A stretch of DNA of 64,000 nt from Pseudothermotoga sp. (GCA_031962025.1 JAVRKW010000001.1); one strand, 5' to 3'. Shown: positions 41,080 to 52,705, counted from the first letter of the stretch. Made by a program: numbers and translations. Notes: a model not told the origin generated them from the letters alone.

Positions 41080-41149
41080 TTTACCTCCTGTGCTCTTGAC
41101 TGGGAAATTATACTATAATTTCTTCAGAATTGAAAAGAGGTGATATTTC

Positions 41150-42649
41150 TTGTATTACAAAGTATCGAGAGATCCCATACATTCGGAGATATTTCTGTAT
41201 CCCTTAGAGATTTTAGCGATTGATACAAGACCTGTGCAGAGATTGAGATATCTTTCCCAGCTTGTCGGTGCAGAACTTGTGTACCCCGGAGCAACACACA
41301 CCAGATTTGCTCATTCGCTCGGCGTTATGCATATCTGTGGTCTTTATGGGATGAGACTTTTTGAAGATCACGCAACCAGAAGGATCGTTCGACTGGCAGG
41401 TTTGCTGCACGATATTGGTCACGGTCCTTTCAGCCACCAGTTCGACGATGTCGTGTACGCGAGAATGGGATTCAAGGATGGTCATGACGAGTACAGAAAA
41501 AGAATTCTACTTGAACTGATGCCATCTGAAATGATGAGATCATACCAGAGAATATCTGATCCCAGGATGAAGAAAGCTGTTGCTGAAGACCTTTCTGAAA
41601 CGCTGAAAATTGATGTCGTCAATGAAGACTCTTTTTTAAGATTGATGTATTTGGTTGATGAAATTTTCAAAGGAGAAGAATCGGGAACAGTTGAGTACAA
41701 TGTCGTTCAGGGACCTCTTGGTGCTGACAGGCTTGATTTTCTTTTGCGTGACTCTTACTACAGTGGGACAACCCATTTTGGAGTAGGAGCTGTGGATAGA
41801 ATCATAAGAAATTCGTTCATCAAAGAAAAAGATGGTCACAGGATTTTATGTTATCATGCCAAAGTTCTGGATCAAATCTATACAAGCCTTTTTGGCAGGT
41901 TCATGATGTACAAAAATGTGTATTTTCACAAGACCTCAAGAGCAGCAGATTTGATGATTCAGCAAATGCTTTCTTTGATCTACAAACCACTCAAACTCTC
42001 TGAGAAAGTGAACGATCTTCAAAAGTTCCTTGACTTAACAGATCAATTCATCTTTGCACAGATAAAACTGGAGTTTGAAAATATATTGCAGAGATATAAT
42101 GCAAATGAAGAAGATCTTTTAAGCGGGAAAATCGATTTAGAAGAAGACGAATATTATTTGATAGAAGCCTACAAACTGCTGAGGCGTTTTGAAAAGAGAG
42201 ATTTGTGGAAACTGATTGCTGAGATCACTTTTTCGGCTGTGGGTATCGATCCGTCGATTATGAGTAAAGGTGTTGTAGCAGATACACTTCAAAAGATCAG
42301 ATTGAAGTTAGAAAACCTGTTGCAGTCCTCACAGATTCCAGAAGAGGACAGAAAAGAACTGAGAAGGATTCTGGACGATTTTGAAGAGATCTTTAAGACA
42401 GACACGCCGTACAAACTTTCACTCGTGCATCCAGATGAATTTCTCAAGAGCAATGTTTATCTGTATGATCCTTCGAAGGATGAGGTTTTCTCCCTGGATG
42501 AATTTCTCAAAGAATATCCAGCTTATCGATTAATGGCTAACAATCTGGTTCAGATAGTGAGAGTTTATGTAACTGAAGATGTTCGCCAGATTCTCAAAAA
42601 GTATGGCATTGTGCCTAAAACAGGAATGGAGTTGACAACAAGGTGGTGA
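41150..42649 (+). CDS. HD-domain phosphohydrolase (SAMHD1/dNTPase-like)
   Basis: DPIH, QRLRYLSQL, HTRFAHSLG, LLHDIGHGPFSH, ADRLDFLLRD, VYFHK. Confidence 0.9.
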   Translation: MYYKVSRDPIHSEIFLYPLEILAIDTRPVQRLRYLSQLVGAELVYPGATHTRFAHSLGVMHICGLYGMRLFEDHATRRIVRLAGLLHDIGHGPFSHQFDDVVYARMGFKDGHDEYRKRILLELMPSEMMRSYQRISDPRMKKAVAEDLSETLKIDVVNEDSFLRLMYLVDEIFKGEESGTVEYNVVQGPLGADRLDFLLRDSYYSGTTHFGVGAVDRIIRNSFIKEKDGHRILCYHAKVLDQIYTSLFGRFMMYKNVYFHKTSRAADLMIQQMLSLIYKPLKLSEKVNDLQKFLDLTDQFIFAQIKLEFENILQRYNANEEDLLSGKIDLEEDEYYLIEAYKLLRRFEKRDLWKLIAEITFSAVGIDPSIMSKGVVADTLQKIRLKLENLLQSSQIPEEDRKELRRILDDFEEIFKTDTPYKLSLVHPDEFLKSNVYLYDPSKDEVFSLDEFLKEYPAYRLMANNLVQIVRVYVTEDVRQILKKYGIVPKTGMELTTRW

Positions 42650-42653
42650 AATA

Positions 42654-44435
42654 TTGAGAAAGTTCATTCTCTTTGTTTTTGATGTTGGTTTAACTTTTTT
42701 TGCTGGAATTGTGGCACTGTTTGTCAGACTTGGTTTTGACTGGCCAGAACTTGCAAAGTATTTTTGGAGTATACCTATTTACTGTTTGATAGCATCAGTT
42801 GTTTACACATTAAATGGTACTTACAGCATCGTCTGGCTATATGCATCTTTCAAGGATATGATTGTTCTGATCCGTGGATCTGTATTAGCTTATTTGCTGT
42901 CTGTTTTGTTTTTCCATCTGACAAAATCTATTGTTATGCCGCGTTCGGTTGGTATGATGACCTTTCTTGGTTCTGCAATGCTCTTGATGGCAAGTCGATT
43001 TTTCTGGCAGTGGCTCAACAGCGTACAACCATCTGGTAAGAAGAGAGTGCTGATAGTTGGTGCTGGCAGTGCAGGGACGATGTTGCTTGAAGATTTTGAG
43101 CACAGACCCAACCTTGGAAAGGTTGTGGGTTTTCTGGACGACTCTTCAAGAAAGATAGGTAGAAAAATTCACGGGGTACCGATCTTCGGTCCGATCGATC
43201 GAGCAAAGGACGTTATCCAGCTATTGAAAGTCGATGAAGTTATAATAGCTATTCCATCAGCCAATGCTGAGCAGATGAGAAGAATAGTTTCTCTGATTGA
43301 TCCGAAAACTGTGAAAATCCGCACTCTTCCGGGAATATATGAGCTGACAGACAGACAAGCAAAAGTGGGTTATCTGAGAGAACTGACGGTGGAAGATCTG
43401 CTTGGCAGGACTGAGACAAAAGTTGACTTAGAAATGATAAGATCCTATATAAAAGGTAAAAGAGTGCTCGTAACCGGTGCCGGTGGAAGCATAGGAAGTG
43501 AACTGTGCAGGCAACTTGCAAATCTTGAACCGTCGTTGCTCATATTACTTGGTAAAGGAGAAAACAGTATTTATCAAATAGACGAAGAACTGTCAATTGC
43601 CCATCCTGATCTGGTAAAAAAACGTGTAATAGCTGATGTGGCAGATGCTGTTAGAATGGAGCAAATTTTTGCTTTGATGCAGCCTCAGATAATATTTCAC
43701 GCGGCAGCTCACAAACACGTGCCGTTGATGGAGGAAAATCCATACGAGGCTGTTCGAGTAAATGCACTTGGAACAAAGATCCTTGCCGAGCTGTGCTGTA
43801 AATACAAAGCGGAAAAAATGGTATTCATTTCAACCGACAAAGCTGTGAATCCGTCATCGATAATGGGCGCAACAAAAAGACTTGCCGAACTGTTGCTTCT
43901 TTCTATCGATTCTGCATGTGAGACCAACTTCGTGATCGTCAGATTCGGCAATGTTATAGGCAGTAGAGGTAGTGTAATACCAAAATTCAATGCACAGATT
44001 GAAAGAGGAGGACCATTAACTGTCACAGATCCCAGGATGACAAGGTACTTCATGAGTATATCAGAGGCAGTTTCTCTTATCCTGCAAGCTGCGAGTTTTG
44101 GGACAAACAAGGATCTATTCGTGCTGGATATGGGTAAACCTGTTTCAATAGATGAACTTGCAAGGACTTTGATAATCCTGCACGGTCTTGTTCCTGACCA
44201 AGATATCAAGATAATTTACACGGGAGCCAGAAATGGTGAGAAAATAACAGAGGAGCTTTTTTACCAGGATGAGATCGTCATGCCAACATCTCATCCAAAG
44301 GTGATGGTGGTAAAAAATAAAAAATCCGTTGATTACAATACTCTGTGTCATACCATAGATCAAATTCTGCAAATTTCTGTAAACGAACCTGATCAAGTAG
44401 CTGAGAAAATCTACAAATTTTTGAGGTCATTTTGA
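42654..44435 (+). CDS. Membrane-bound UDP-GlcNAc 4,6-dehydratase (CapD/PglF/WbpM family)
   Basis: 4 TM, GAGSAG, TGAGGSIGSELCRQ, HAAAHKHVP, STDKAV, MGATK, RFGNV. Confidence 0.93.
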   Translation: MRKFILFVFDVGLTFFAGIVALFVRLGFDWPELAKYFWSIPIYCLIASVVYTLNGTYSIVWLYASFKDMIVLIRGSVLAYLLSVLFFHLTKSIVMPRSVGMMTFLGSAMLLMASRFFWQWLNSVQPSGKKRVLIVGAGSAGTMLLEDFEHRPNLGKVVGFLDDSSRKIGRKIHGVPIFGPIDRAKDVIQLLKVDEVIIAIPSANAEQMRRIVSLIDPKTVKIRTLPGIYELTDRQAKVGYLRELTVEDLLGRTETKVDLEMIRSYIKGKRVLVTGAGGSIGSELCRQLANLEPSLLILLGKGENSIYQIDEELSIAHPDLVKKRVIADVADAVRMEQIFALMQPQIIFHAAAHKHVPLMEENPYEAVRVNALGTKILAELCCKYKAEKMVFISTDKAVNPSSIMGATKRLAELLLLSIDSACETNFVIVRFGNVIGSRGSVIPKFNAQIERGGPLTVTDPRMTRYFMSISEAVSLILQAASFGTNKDLFVLDMGKPVSIDELARTLIILHGLVPDQDIKIIYTGARNGEKITEELFYQDEIVMPTSHPKVMVVKNKKSVDYNTLCHTIDQILQISVNEPDQVAEKIYKFLRSF

Positions 44436-44439
44436 GAGG

Positions 44440-45327
44440 TTGCAGATGAGCTTTATAATATCATTCTTTTTGAGTCTGCTGTTTGTCAGATTCTTCCCGC
44501 AGAAATTTCCTGTAGATCTGCCGAGCAGCAGAAAGATTCATAAAATACCAATACCGCTGACCGGTGGGATAGCTATTTTTGTGGCTTTGCTTGTGGTGGA
44601 AAACCAGACTAAAATGGCATTAATCATCTGTCTTGCATTCTTTTTGGGCATCTTAGACGATATTGAGCAGCTATCATACAAAATAAAATTACCATTCCAG
44701 TTAATGATAGCTCTTGTCCAAATGATGATCGGTCCAGATGAGATATATTTTCTTTCCAATCCATTGCCCGGGTTTGTCGCAAAGATTGTTCAGGTATTCT
44801 GGTTCATGTCCATGTTCAATGCCCTGAACATGATCGATGGAATGGATGCGCTTGCATGTTCTACCTCAATGATCAGTGCATTTTTAATTGGCGAATGGCC
44901 TCTTGGTCTTGCAATTGCAGGTTTTTTACCCTTCAATCTGCCAAAAGCGAAATCGTTTCTTGGTAACAGTGGCTCAGCTATTCTGGGAGCTGTTCTACCA
45001 CTCTCTGCTCTCGTTTTTTTCAAAGGAGATCTGTGCTACGCAACAGTTTTTCTAGGATATCCTGCTTATGAAGTTGTGAGCAGTTTTTTACGACGCACAA
45101 TCAGGCACAAAAACCCTTTCATCGCTGACAAAAACCACACACATCATCTTTTCATGAGAAAAATAGGTGTCTGGCGAACTCTGGTTCTGTTGATTGGATT
45201 TTCTTTTATGTGTAACCTTTTGGGACTAACCGAAAAATTCTGGTCCTTCGGTGTTTTTCTTTTGATCTGTACCGGGCTGTTCATCTACTGCTTTTCTAAG
45301 GGCAGCCACAGCAACCTCGATCTGTGA
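44440..45327 (+). CDS. wecA: Undecaprenyl-phosphate GlcNAc-1-phosphate transferase (WecA/TagO, glycosyltransferase family 4)
   Basis: RKIH..P..GG, GILDD, NALNMIDGMDAL, FLGNSGS, DKNHTHH. Confidence 0.88.
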   Translation: MQMSFIISFFLSLLFVRFFPQKFPVDLPSSRKIHKIPIPLTGGIAIFVALLVVENQTKMALIICLAFFLGILDDIEQLSYKIKLPFQLMIALVQMMIGPDEIYFLSNPLPGFVAKIVQVFWFMSMFNALNMIDGMDALACSTSMISAFLIGEWPLGLAIAGFLPFNLPKAKSFLGNSGSAILGAVLPLSALVFFKGDLCYATVFLGYPAYEVVSSFLRRTIRHKNPFIADKNHTHHLFMRKIGVWRTLVLLIGFSFMCNLLGLTEKFWSFGVFLLICTGLFIYCFSKGSHSNLDL

Positions 45328-46116
45328 ATCATCGGGTATGGCTGTTGTGAGTTTTTGAAGTATCAAACCAGGGGAAGTCAGAATTTTCATGAGTTTTGAA
45401 CCCATAGAGGATATTCTCAAAAATTCATACGAAAATCCTATTACAACCGGAATCAGTACTATCCTGCTGAGTACTTTCCAGAATATTCCAAGAGAAACTA
45501 ATGAACCAAGTACGCTGAAAACGACAATGGAGATTATCAAAAAAATCATGGCAAAGCTCGTTCCACACCTTGGATGGATTGTGCTGTATTTTCTAATATT
45601 TTGGACAGTCAACTCTTCATTTGCCTCGTATGCGTGAATGACCATGTGCTCAGCACCGTGATACTGAAAGATTCTCTTCACATCTTTGAAAAGTGAAATG
45701 ACATAGACATATAGCAAAAACAAGCCCAATCTGATCAAGCCTTCAACAAGAGAGAATACAAACTCATTGCCTCTTAAAGGCTTTAATAGATTTGTCAGAA
45801 AAACCGGTAAAACGAAGAAAAGACCTACAGCCAGGACAATAGCAAAGAGCAGCGATGTAATGGCTTGTGATTTTTTCATTTTTTGCCCGGAACTTATTTC
45901 AGCAGACCTGTCAAGTGCGTATATCCCGTAGTAAAGAGAATAGTAAAGGCTGACAATCCCTCTTAGAAAAGCTATTCTGAACAGTTTGGAATTCGATGGA
46001 GTTTTTTTGCCGATCTCTTCAACCACCACTTTTCCTTTGTTGTCTCTGACTGCTATTGCCACATTTGTGCCCATCATCAGCACGCCTTCGATGATCGCTT
46101 GTCCTCCAACTTTCAT
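45226..46116 (-). CDS. DUF1385 membrane protein
   Basis: VGGQAIIEGV, FQYHGAEH, HPRCGTSF, LQKLTT. Confidence 0.9.
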   Translation of the reverse strand: MKVGGQAIIEGVLMMGTNVAIAVRDNKGKVVVEEIGKKTPSNSKLFRIAFLRGIVSLYYSLYYGIYALDRSAEISSGQKMKKSQAITSLLFAIVLAVGLFFVLPVFLTNLLKPLRGNEFVFSLVEGLIRLGLFLLYVYVISLFKDVKRIFQYHGAEHMVIHAYEANEELTVQNIRKYSTIHPRCGTSFAMIFLIISIVVFSVLGSLVSLGIFWKVLSRIVLIPVVIGFSYEFLRISSMGSKLMKILTSPGLILQKLTTAIPDDSQIEVAVAALRKAVDEQPGTDQKKNTEGPEFFG

Positions 46117-47432
46117 GTCCTTTCCTCCTCGTGACATTCAGGCATAATCACTGTAAATTCACTTCCTTCATTGGGTTTACTTTTAACATCTATCTTGCAT
46201 CCCATTATTCGAGAGAGTTTTTCAACCAAAGACAGACCCAAGCCATACCCATTGCTCGATCTCGATTTATCGGCTTTGTAGAACTTTCGAAAGATCTTTT
46301 CTTTTTCCGATTCATCTATTCCTATGCCAAAATCCTTGACACTTATCCATCCATTACCGCATCTTAGAATCACCTGTTTTTTATCTTTTGAGAACTTTAT
46401 CGCATTTTCAGTCAGGGCTTTGACGATAATCTGCAATACCTTTGGATCTGCACAGCCACTTCCCTCTCCTTCCACATCTATTTGAAAATCACTGAACTGG
46501 TGCTTAAATTCATCAGCTAACTCCTGCAAAAATGGTCTTAATTCGATAGTTTTTATTTCCAATTTGGTTATAGGTTTTGAGAGCATAAGCAATGTCTCAG
46601 AAAGGTTAATGAGTTTTACAGAAGTCTCCTGTATTGTCTGAGCCGATTCTATGACGATATCTTTTCTGTCGGCAAAGCGCTGAATCAATTCCGCATAACC
46701 CTGTATTGTGGTCAGGGGTGTTCTCAGTTCATGTGAAACATCGTTTATGAAATCGTTCTGGGCTTCAAAACCGATCTTCAAGCGATCGAGCATGTTGTTG
46801 ATAGTCCTGGCAAGCTTGGAAACTTCGTCGTTGAGTCCAGGATCGTAGACCCTTTTTGTCAGATCTGTTGTGTTTATCTCTTTCAATTCATCTGTGATTC
46901 TATTCATCGGTGCAAGGGATTTACTGACAAAGTAATTACCCACAAGAAAAGATATTCCGCTGAAGAATATCCAGAAGATGATAAATGCCCGCGACAAAAT
47001 TTTCAGAAAATCTCCCATACCTCCTGCTGGAGCGAGCAAGTAAAAATCTCTTTCTCCAAAAACGCTTACAAATCTGGCTTTTGCGACAAAATATTCATCC
47101 TTCCCGAGTTTTATGTAAGTTGGTCGTCTCACTTTCAAAACCTGTTCAACGAATTTCCTAAAATATTCATGTTCTGTGTTGATGCTTCCCAATACCAAAT
47201 TTCCATTATCATCCAGTACAGCTACACCCGGTGGTAGCTGAAGGTTCATTAAAACTCTCCCGGGCATTTTGAGAGCGTTTAGTACATCTCTTCTGAGATT
47301 TTCTGTCGAGCGATTCAGGTGCATATTCTTGACCAAAGTGTAGGCAGTTATCAATCCAAGACCGAGTATTACGGAAAAAAGCACCGTCTGCCAGAACACC
47401 ATTTTCCATTTAAGTGTTGAGAACATATCCAA
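46113..47432 (-). CDS. HAMP-domain sensor histidine kinase
   Basis: 2 TM, HAMP, SHELRTPL, ENAIKF, DFGIG, GYGLGL. Confidence 0.93.
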   Translation of the reverse strand: MDMFSTLKWKMVFWQTVLFSVILGLGLITAYTLVKNMHLNRSTENLRRDVLNALKMPGRVLMNLQLPPGVAVLDDNGNLVLGSINTEHEYFRKFVEQVLKVRRPTYIKLGKDEYFVAKARFVSVFGERDFYLLAPAGGMGDFLKILSRAFIIFWIFFSGISFLVGNYFVSKSLAPMNRITDELKEINTTDLTKRVYDPGLNDEVSKLARTINNMLDRLKIGFEAQNDFINDVSHELRTPLTTIQGYAELIQRFADRKDIVIESAQTIQETSVKLINLSETLLMLSKPITKLEIKTIELRPFLQELADEFKHQFSDFQIDVEGEGSGCADPKVLQIIVKALTENAIKFSKDKKQVILRCGNGWISVKDFGIGIDESEKEKIFRKFYKADKSRSSNGYGLGLSLVEKLSRIMGCKIDVKSKPNEGSEFTVIMPECHEEERT

Positions 47433-48063
47433 CTCCCCTGATGGTCTTTATCATGTGACCATATTCTTTCATTTTATCTCTCAGGTATTTCACATAAACA
47501 TCAACAATATTCTTGCTTATGTATTCGCTGTCACCCCAGATTTCTTTGAGCAATTCTTCTCTACTCACAACCTTGCCTTCATTTATGCAGAGATAGTAAA
47601 GCAGGCTACTTTCCCTTTCTGAAAGCACTGTGGCTGAACCGTCTGGAAAGATCACCATCTTTGAATTTATATCAAAAACAAGCTGCCCAATTTTGAACTG
47701 TTCTGGTTTTCTCACTCTCCTTGCAACTGCTTCGACTCTTGCCAGTAACTCATCTAAGTGGAACGGTTTGGGTACGTAGTCATCTGCACCTTTTTTGAGA
47801 CCACGTATCTTGTTCTCCACTTCTCCGCGAGCTGTCAATACGATTATCCCAACTTCTTCATCTACAGACCTTATTTTTTCAAGGACTTCAAAACCATCCA
47901 TACCGGGTAACATCAAATCAAGTATCACCAGAGAAGGATTATACATCGAGTACATCTTCCATCCTTCTTCGCCTGTACCTGCGACGTATACCTCATACCC
48001 GTGATTCGAAAAGAGTATTTCCAGAAGGCGGGATATTTTTTGATCATCTTCCACTATTAACAA
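47410..48063 (-). CDS. OmpR-family response regulator
   Basis: VEDD, LDLMLP, GADDYVPKPF, wHTH ending TIRGVGY; exact start uncertain. Confidence 0.92.
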   Translation of the reverse strand: MLIVEDDQKISRLLEILFSNHGYEVYVAGTGEEGWKMYSMYNPSLVILDLMLPGMDGFEVLEKIRSVDEEVGIIVLTARGEVENKIRGLKKGADDYVPKPFHLDELLARVEAVARRVRKPEQFKIGQLVFDINSKMVIFPDGSATVLSERESSLLYYLCINEGKVVSREELLKEIWGDSEYISKNIVDVYVKYLRDKMKEYGHMIKTIRGVGYVLNT

Positions 48064-48601
48064 CCTTATTCTGCATCAACTCCTTGTACTCCTTGACTAT
48101 CCTGTTGGCATACTCTGTTTTCATATTACCACCATTGTACATCTCAAGTGCTTTTAACAGGTTGCCAGAGTACCTGTCGAGCAGGTACTTGAGATATAGA
48201 ATACCATATTCAATGTTTATGCGAAAATCCCATAAAAGAGCCGACCATCCTCCCTCTGGTTCGGCGAGTGAATATTTCTGAGCTACGAATTCTGCCGTTT
48301 CTTTTTTTATCTGGACCAATCCCATTTCTCCAGCCATACCGACCACATTTCTGAACTCACTCTCGACGTTTATAAGTGCTATTACTAAGATTGGGTCAAA
48401 ATCATATTTTTTACTTATCTCTACGATTGCCGTGTACAGTTCATCGATGATCTCATTGTCAACAATCAAACCGTGCCTGGACCTTGCTTGTACGACCATG
48501 TCTCTAAACCAATCTGGTGCAGGTTCTGCAATTAACAAAGCTGCGATCAAAATGACAATCAACGTCGCTATCTTCAATTTCCCAGCAAACACTTTTTGCA
48601 C
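48044..48601 (-). CDS. Lytic transglycosylase (SLT domain)
   Basis: ALINVES, GEMGLVQI, NIEYGILYL, YNGG. Confidence 0.88.
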   Translation of the reverse strand: MQKVFAGKLKIATLIVILIAALLIAEPAPDWFRDMVVQARSRHGLIVDNEIIDELYTAIVEISKKYDFDPILVIALINVESEFRNVVGMAGEMGLVQIKKETAEFVAQKYSLAEPEGGWSALLWDFRINIEYGILYLKYLLDRYSGNLLKALEMYNGGNMKTEYANRIVKEYKELMQNKVVNSGR

Positions 48602-48644
48602 CTCCAGAGCTCTGATCTGTTATAATTTCACAGGGTGGAACTTT

Positions 48645-50045
48645 GTGGAAGCTCTTTATCGCAAATACAGGCCAAAGAACTTCAACCAAATTATAGACCA
48701 GTTACAAGCCAAACTGGTTCTTCAGAATGCGATTCTGAAAGATAAGGTGTCCCATGCATACATTTTCACTGGTCCTCGCGGTACCGGAAAAACTTCAGTG
48801 GCAAGAGTACTGGCAAAAGCCTTGAACTGCCCCAACAGGAATGATTATGAGCCGTGCTGTCAGTGTGATAGCTGTATTGCAATCGACAAGGGTATACATC
48901 CTGATGTTATAGAACTCGATGCAGCTTCCAATAGGGGAATAGATGAGATTCGCAGGATTAGAGATGCTGTAGGCTTTAGACCAATGCTTGGCAAATACAA
49001 AGTTTACATAATCGATGAATTTCACATGCTCACACGTGAGGCATTCAATGCTTTATTGAAAACCTTGGAAGAACCACCCGAGAAAATAACCTTTATCCTT
49101 GCGACAACAAATCTGGAAAAGGTACCGAGTACCATAATCTCAAGGTGCCAGGTAATTGAATTTAAAAATTTCACCGAAGACGATCTTGTCAAAAACCTTT
49201 TACAGATCTCGGAAAAGGAAAATCTGAAACTTCACGAAGATGCGGCAAAATTGATCGCAAAAAGATCGGCTGGTGGGATGAGAGATGCTCTGTCTTATTT
49301 AGAGCAAATCGCTAATTACACTACGGACGATATAACAAGCTTGGTTGTCGAAAAAGCCCTCGGTCTTGTGCCTTCACAGACTGTTGAGAGATACATCGAG
49401 TATCTACTGGGCGGAAAGGTCTCACAAATAGATCGGCTGATCGACAGTGTCTTCGAAGATGGCTATGATGTCTACCAGCTTGTTCAGCTGGCAATTGAAA
49501 AAATAGAGGAAAAAATTTCAGAAAAACCATCCAGAGAATTGCTCGAACTTGCCAGAAACTTGATTGAAATATCCAGAGAATTGAGATTTGCAGAGAACAA
49601 GAAAGTCATCTGTAAGATTTTATCGATGAATCTTGCAAATGCACATCTATCAGAGCAAACAACCTCGGAAAAGCCTGTTGAGCAAATTCACAAGAAAGAT
49701 TCAGTTGGAGAAATCAACAGCAAAACTCGATTAGAGGATAACTCTGAATCTGAAATTGAAAAAGTGCTGAACTGGATAAAAGAAGAAAAAGACACATCGA
49801 TATACGTCGCACTTGCCCAGTCAAAAATCGTCCAAAAAGGTGATACTGTTGAGATATCATTTCTTCCATCTCAGAAGTTTCAATACGAGTATCTGAGAGA
49901 AAAGATCCTTGAAGTTGAGTATCTTTTCAAATCAAAGATGAAGAAAGACGTTGTGATAAACATCATCATTGACGAAGAACGGGAAAAAAGGATACTTCAA
50001 AAACTCCAGGAAAGCTTTCCAGGCAAAATTCGCATAGAGGAGTGA
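48645..50045 (+). CDS. dnaX: DNA polymerase III gamma/tau subunit
   Basis: ALYRKYRP, GPRGTGKT, Zn-finger Cys, DAASN, DEFH, SRC; start at GTG 48645. Confidence 0.95.
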   Translation: MEALYRKYRPKNFNQIIDQLQAKLVLQNAILKDKVSHAYIFTGPRGTGKTSVARVLAKALNCPNRNDYEPCCQCDSCIAIDKGIHPDVIELDAASNRGIDEIRRIRDAVGFRPMLGKYKVYIIDEFHMLTREAFNALLKTLEEPPEKITFILATTNLEKVPSTIISRCQVIEFKNFTEDDLVKNLLQISEKENLKLHEDAAKLIAKRSAGGMRDALSYLEQIANYTTDDITSLVVEKALGLVPSQTVERYIEYLLGGKVSQIDRLIDSVFEDGYDVYQLVQLAIEKIEEKISEKPSRELLELARNLIEISRELRFAENKKVICKILSMNLANAHLSEQTTSEKPVEQIHKKDSVGEINSKTRLEDNSESEIEKVLNWIKEEKDTSIYVALAQSKIVQKGDTVEISFLPSQKFQYEYLREKILEVEYLFKSKMKKDVVINIIIDEEREKRILQKLQESFPGKIRIEE

Positions 50046-50396
50046 GTGGATGTGAAAAAAATTAAAGGATTCGGTGGAAGGAGTTATGGCAAGCCTGAGA
50101 GACCAGAAGGCATTGAAAAGCTCCAGCAACAGATGAAAGAGCAGTTTGAGAAAATCGAAGAAGAGTTCGAGAAAATAGAGGTTATTGGAACATCTGGCGG
50201 AGGAGCCGTTAAAATAACTGCAAAGTGCAATTATGAAGTTTCTGCTATAGAATACGATGATTCACTGCTTGAGGATCGTGAGATGTTCAACGATTTACTG
50301 ATTGCGGCAATCAATGAAGCCATGAGGGAAGTTACAAAGAAAAGGAATGAGGAATTCTCAAAAGTTGTTGGCTTTGAAGGTCTTCCCAATTTGTGA
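50046..50396 (+). CDS. ybaB: YbaB/EbfC nucleoid-associated protein
   Basis: GTSGGGAVKIT, DLLIAAINEA; downstream of dnaX. Confidence 0.9.
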   Translation: MDVKKIKGFGGRSYGKPERPEGIEKLQQQMKEQFEKIEEEFEKIEVIGTSGGGAVKITAKCNYEVSAIEYDDSLLEDREMFNDLLIAAINEAMREVTKKRNEEFSKVVGFEGLPNL

Positions 50397-50408
50397 GATT
50401 TTACACAA
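50391..50408. promoter_or_regulatory. Rex-like operator upstream of gap-pgk-tpi
   Basis: TTGTGAG-ATTT-TACACAA vs TTGTGAA-N4-TTCACAA (2 mismatches). Confidence 0.55.
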
Positions 50409-50431
50409 ATTCGTAAATGTTGTAAACATAA

Positions 50432-51473
<1,042 letters not shown>

Positions 51474-51475
<2 letters not shown>

Positions 51476-51499
51476 GGGGAGTTCTTCCTCCCCTCTTTT
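51474..51499 (+). terminator. Hairpin plus U4 between gap and pgk
   Basis: GAGGGGAG-ttcttc-CTCCCCTC-TTTT. Confidence 0.7.
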
Positions 51500-51511
51500 G
51501 GAGGTGGAAAG

Positions 51512-52705
51512 ATGAAAAAATTAACGATAAAGGACGTAGATCTATCTGGTAAAACCGTGATAATGAGAGTGGATTTCAACGTACCCATAGATAAAGAAGG
51601 AAAGGTATCTGATGATACAAGGATCGTTGCGGCTTTACCGACCATAAAGTACGCTGTCGAGAAAAAGGCAAAAGTTATCTTGCTCTCTCATCTTGGCAGA
51701 CCAAAAGGTGGACCAGACCCAAAATACAGTCTCAAACCAGTTGCAGATCATCTCAGAAAAATTTCTGGTTTGAATGTCTCATTCGTACCACAGCTCATCG
51801 GTGAAGAGGTAAAACAGGCTGTTAAGAATATGATGCCCGGGGACATCTTGGTTCTGGAAAACACCAGGTTTCACCCGGGGGAAGAAAAAAACGATCTGGA
51901 ACTTGCAAAAGCATGGGCTGAACTTGCAGATATCCATGTTAATGATGCTTTTGGCACAGCTCATAGAGCACATTCCTCAAATGTCGGTATAGCCACATTC
52001 ATACCGAGTGTCGCAGGCTTTTTGATGGAAAAAGAGATTGAATTTCTCAGTAAGGTCACCTATGAGCCTGAACATCCATATGTGGTGGTTCTGGGTGGAG
52101 CAAAGGTTTCAGATAAAATAGGAGTCATAACAAATCTTTTGAACAAAGCAGATAGATTACTCATAGGTGGAGCAATGATGTTCACATTTTTCAAAGCGCA
52201 GGGTATACCCGTGGGCTCATCTCTTGTCGAAGATGACAAGTTAGAACTTGCAAGGGAAATTCTCAATCAAGCCCAGCAGAAGAAAGTTCAGATAGTATTG
52301 CCAGTCGATGCGGTTATAGCTCAAAAAATGGAAGCTGGTGCACAGACAAAAATCGTTCAGATCAAAGATGGTATACCAGATGGATGGATGGGTCTTGACA
52401 TAGGACCACAGACGATAAAACTGTTTGAGGAATCTCTCAAAGATGCCAAAACAGTTGTCTGGAATGGTCCCATGGGTGTTTTTGAAATAGATGACTTTGC
52501 AAAAGGAACAAAAGCCGTTGCACAGTTGATAGCAAAAGTCAATGGCACGACCGTCATTGGAGGAGGAGATTCTGCGGCTGCAGTTGCCAAATTCGGTCTT
52601 GAGACGGCATATTCACACGTTTCAACAGGTGGTGGAGCATCGCTCGAATTTCTCGAAGGCAGAGAACTTCCGGGTATTACAAGCATAGCAGATAAAAAAA
52701 AATAG
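51512..52705 (+). CDS. pgk: Phosphoglycerate kinase
   Basis: [45 protein letters not shown]. Confidence 0.97.
   Translation: MKKLTIKDVDLSGKTVIMRVDFNVPIDKEGKVSDDTRIVAALPTIKYAVEKKAKVILLSHLGRPKGGPDPKYSLKPVADHLRKISGLNVSFVPQLIGEEVKQAVKNMMPGDILVLENTRFHPGEEKNDLELAKAWAELADIHVNDAFGTAHRAHSSNVGIATFIPSVAGFLMEKEIEFLSKVTYEPEHPYVVVLGGAKVSDKIGVITNLLNKADRLLIGGAMMFTFFKAQGIPVGSSLVEDDKLELAREILNQAQQKKVQIVLPVDAVIAQKMEAGAQTKIVQIKDGIPDGWMGLDIGPQTIKLFEESLKDAKTVVWNGPMGVFEIDDFAKGTKAVAQLIAKVNGTTVIGGGDSAAAVAKFGLETAYSHVSTGGGASLEFLEGRELPGITSIADKKK
52694..52702 (+). other. A9 slippery site: -1 frameshift producing a PGK-TIM fusion
   Basis: GAT AAA AAA AAA TAG; the -1 frame continues ATA GAT AGA ATC ATC TTA GCC GGT AAC TGG AAA ATG ([12 protein letters not shown]). 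Confidence 0.88.

Noticed and set aside
41096..41119. TTGACT...TATAAT promoter for the HD-domain gene
   Set aside because: The spacer is only 12 nt, so it is not a credible -35/-10 pair, although the -10 may be real
48432..48644. 71-aa N-terminal extension of DnaX in the ORF track
   Set aside because: It overlaps the SLT gene on the opposite strand; DnaX homology starts at GTG 48645 (EALYRKYRP)
49984..49990. AAAAAAG in dnaX as an E. coli-like gamma/tau frameshift site
   Set aside because: It reads GAA AAA AGG, not A AAA AAG, and lies only ~18 codons from the stop
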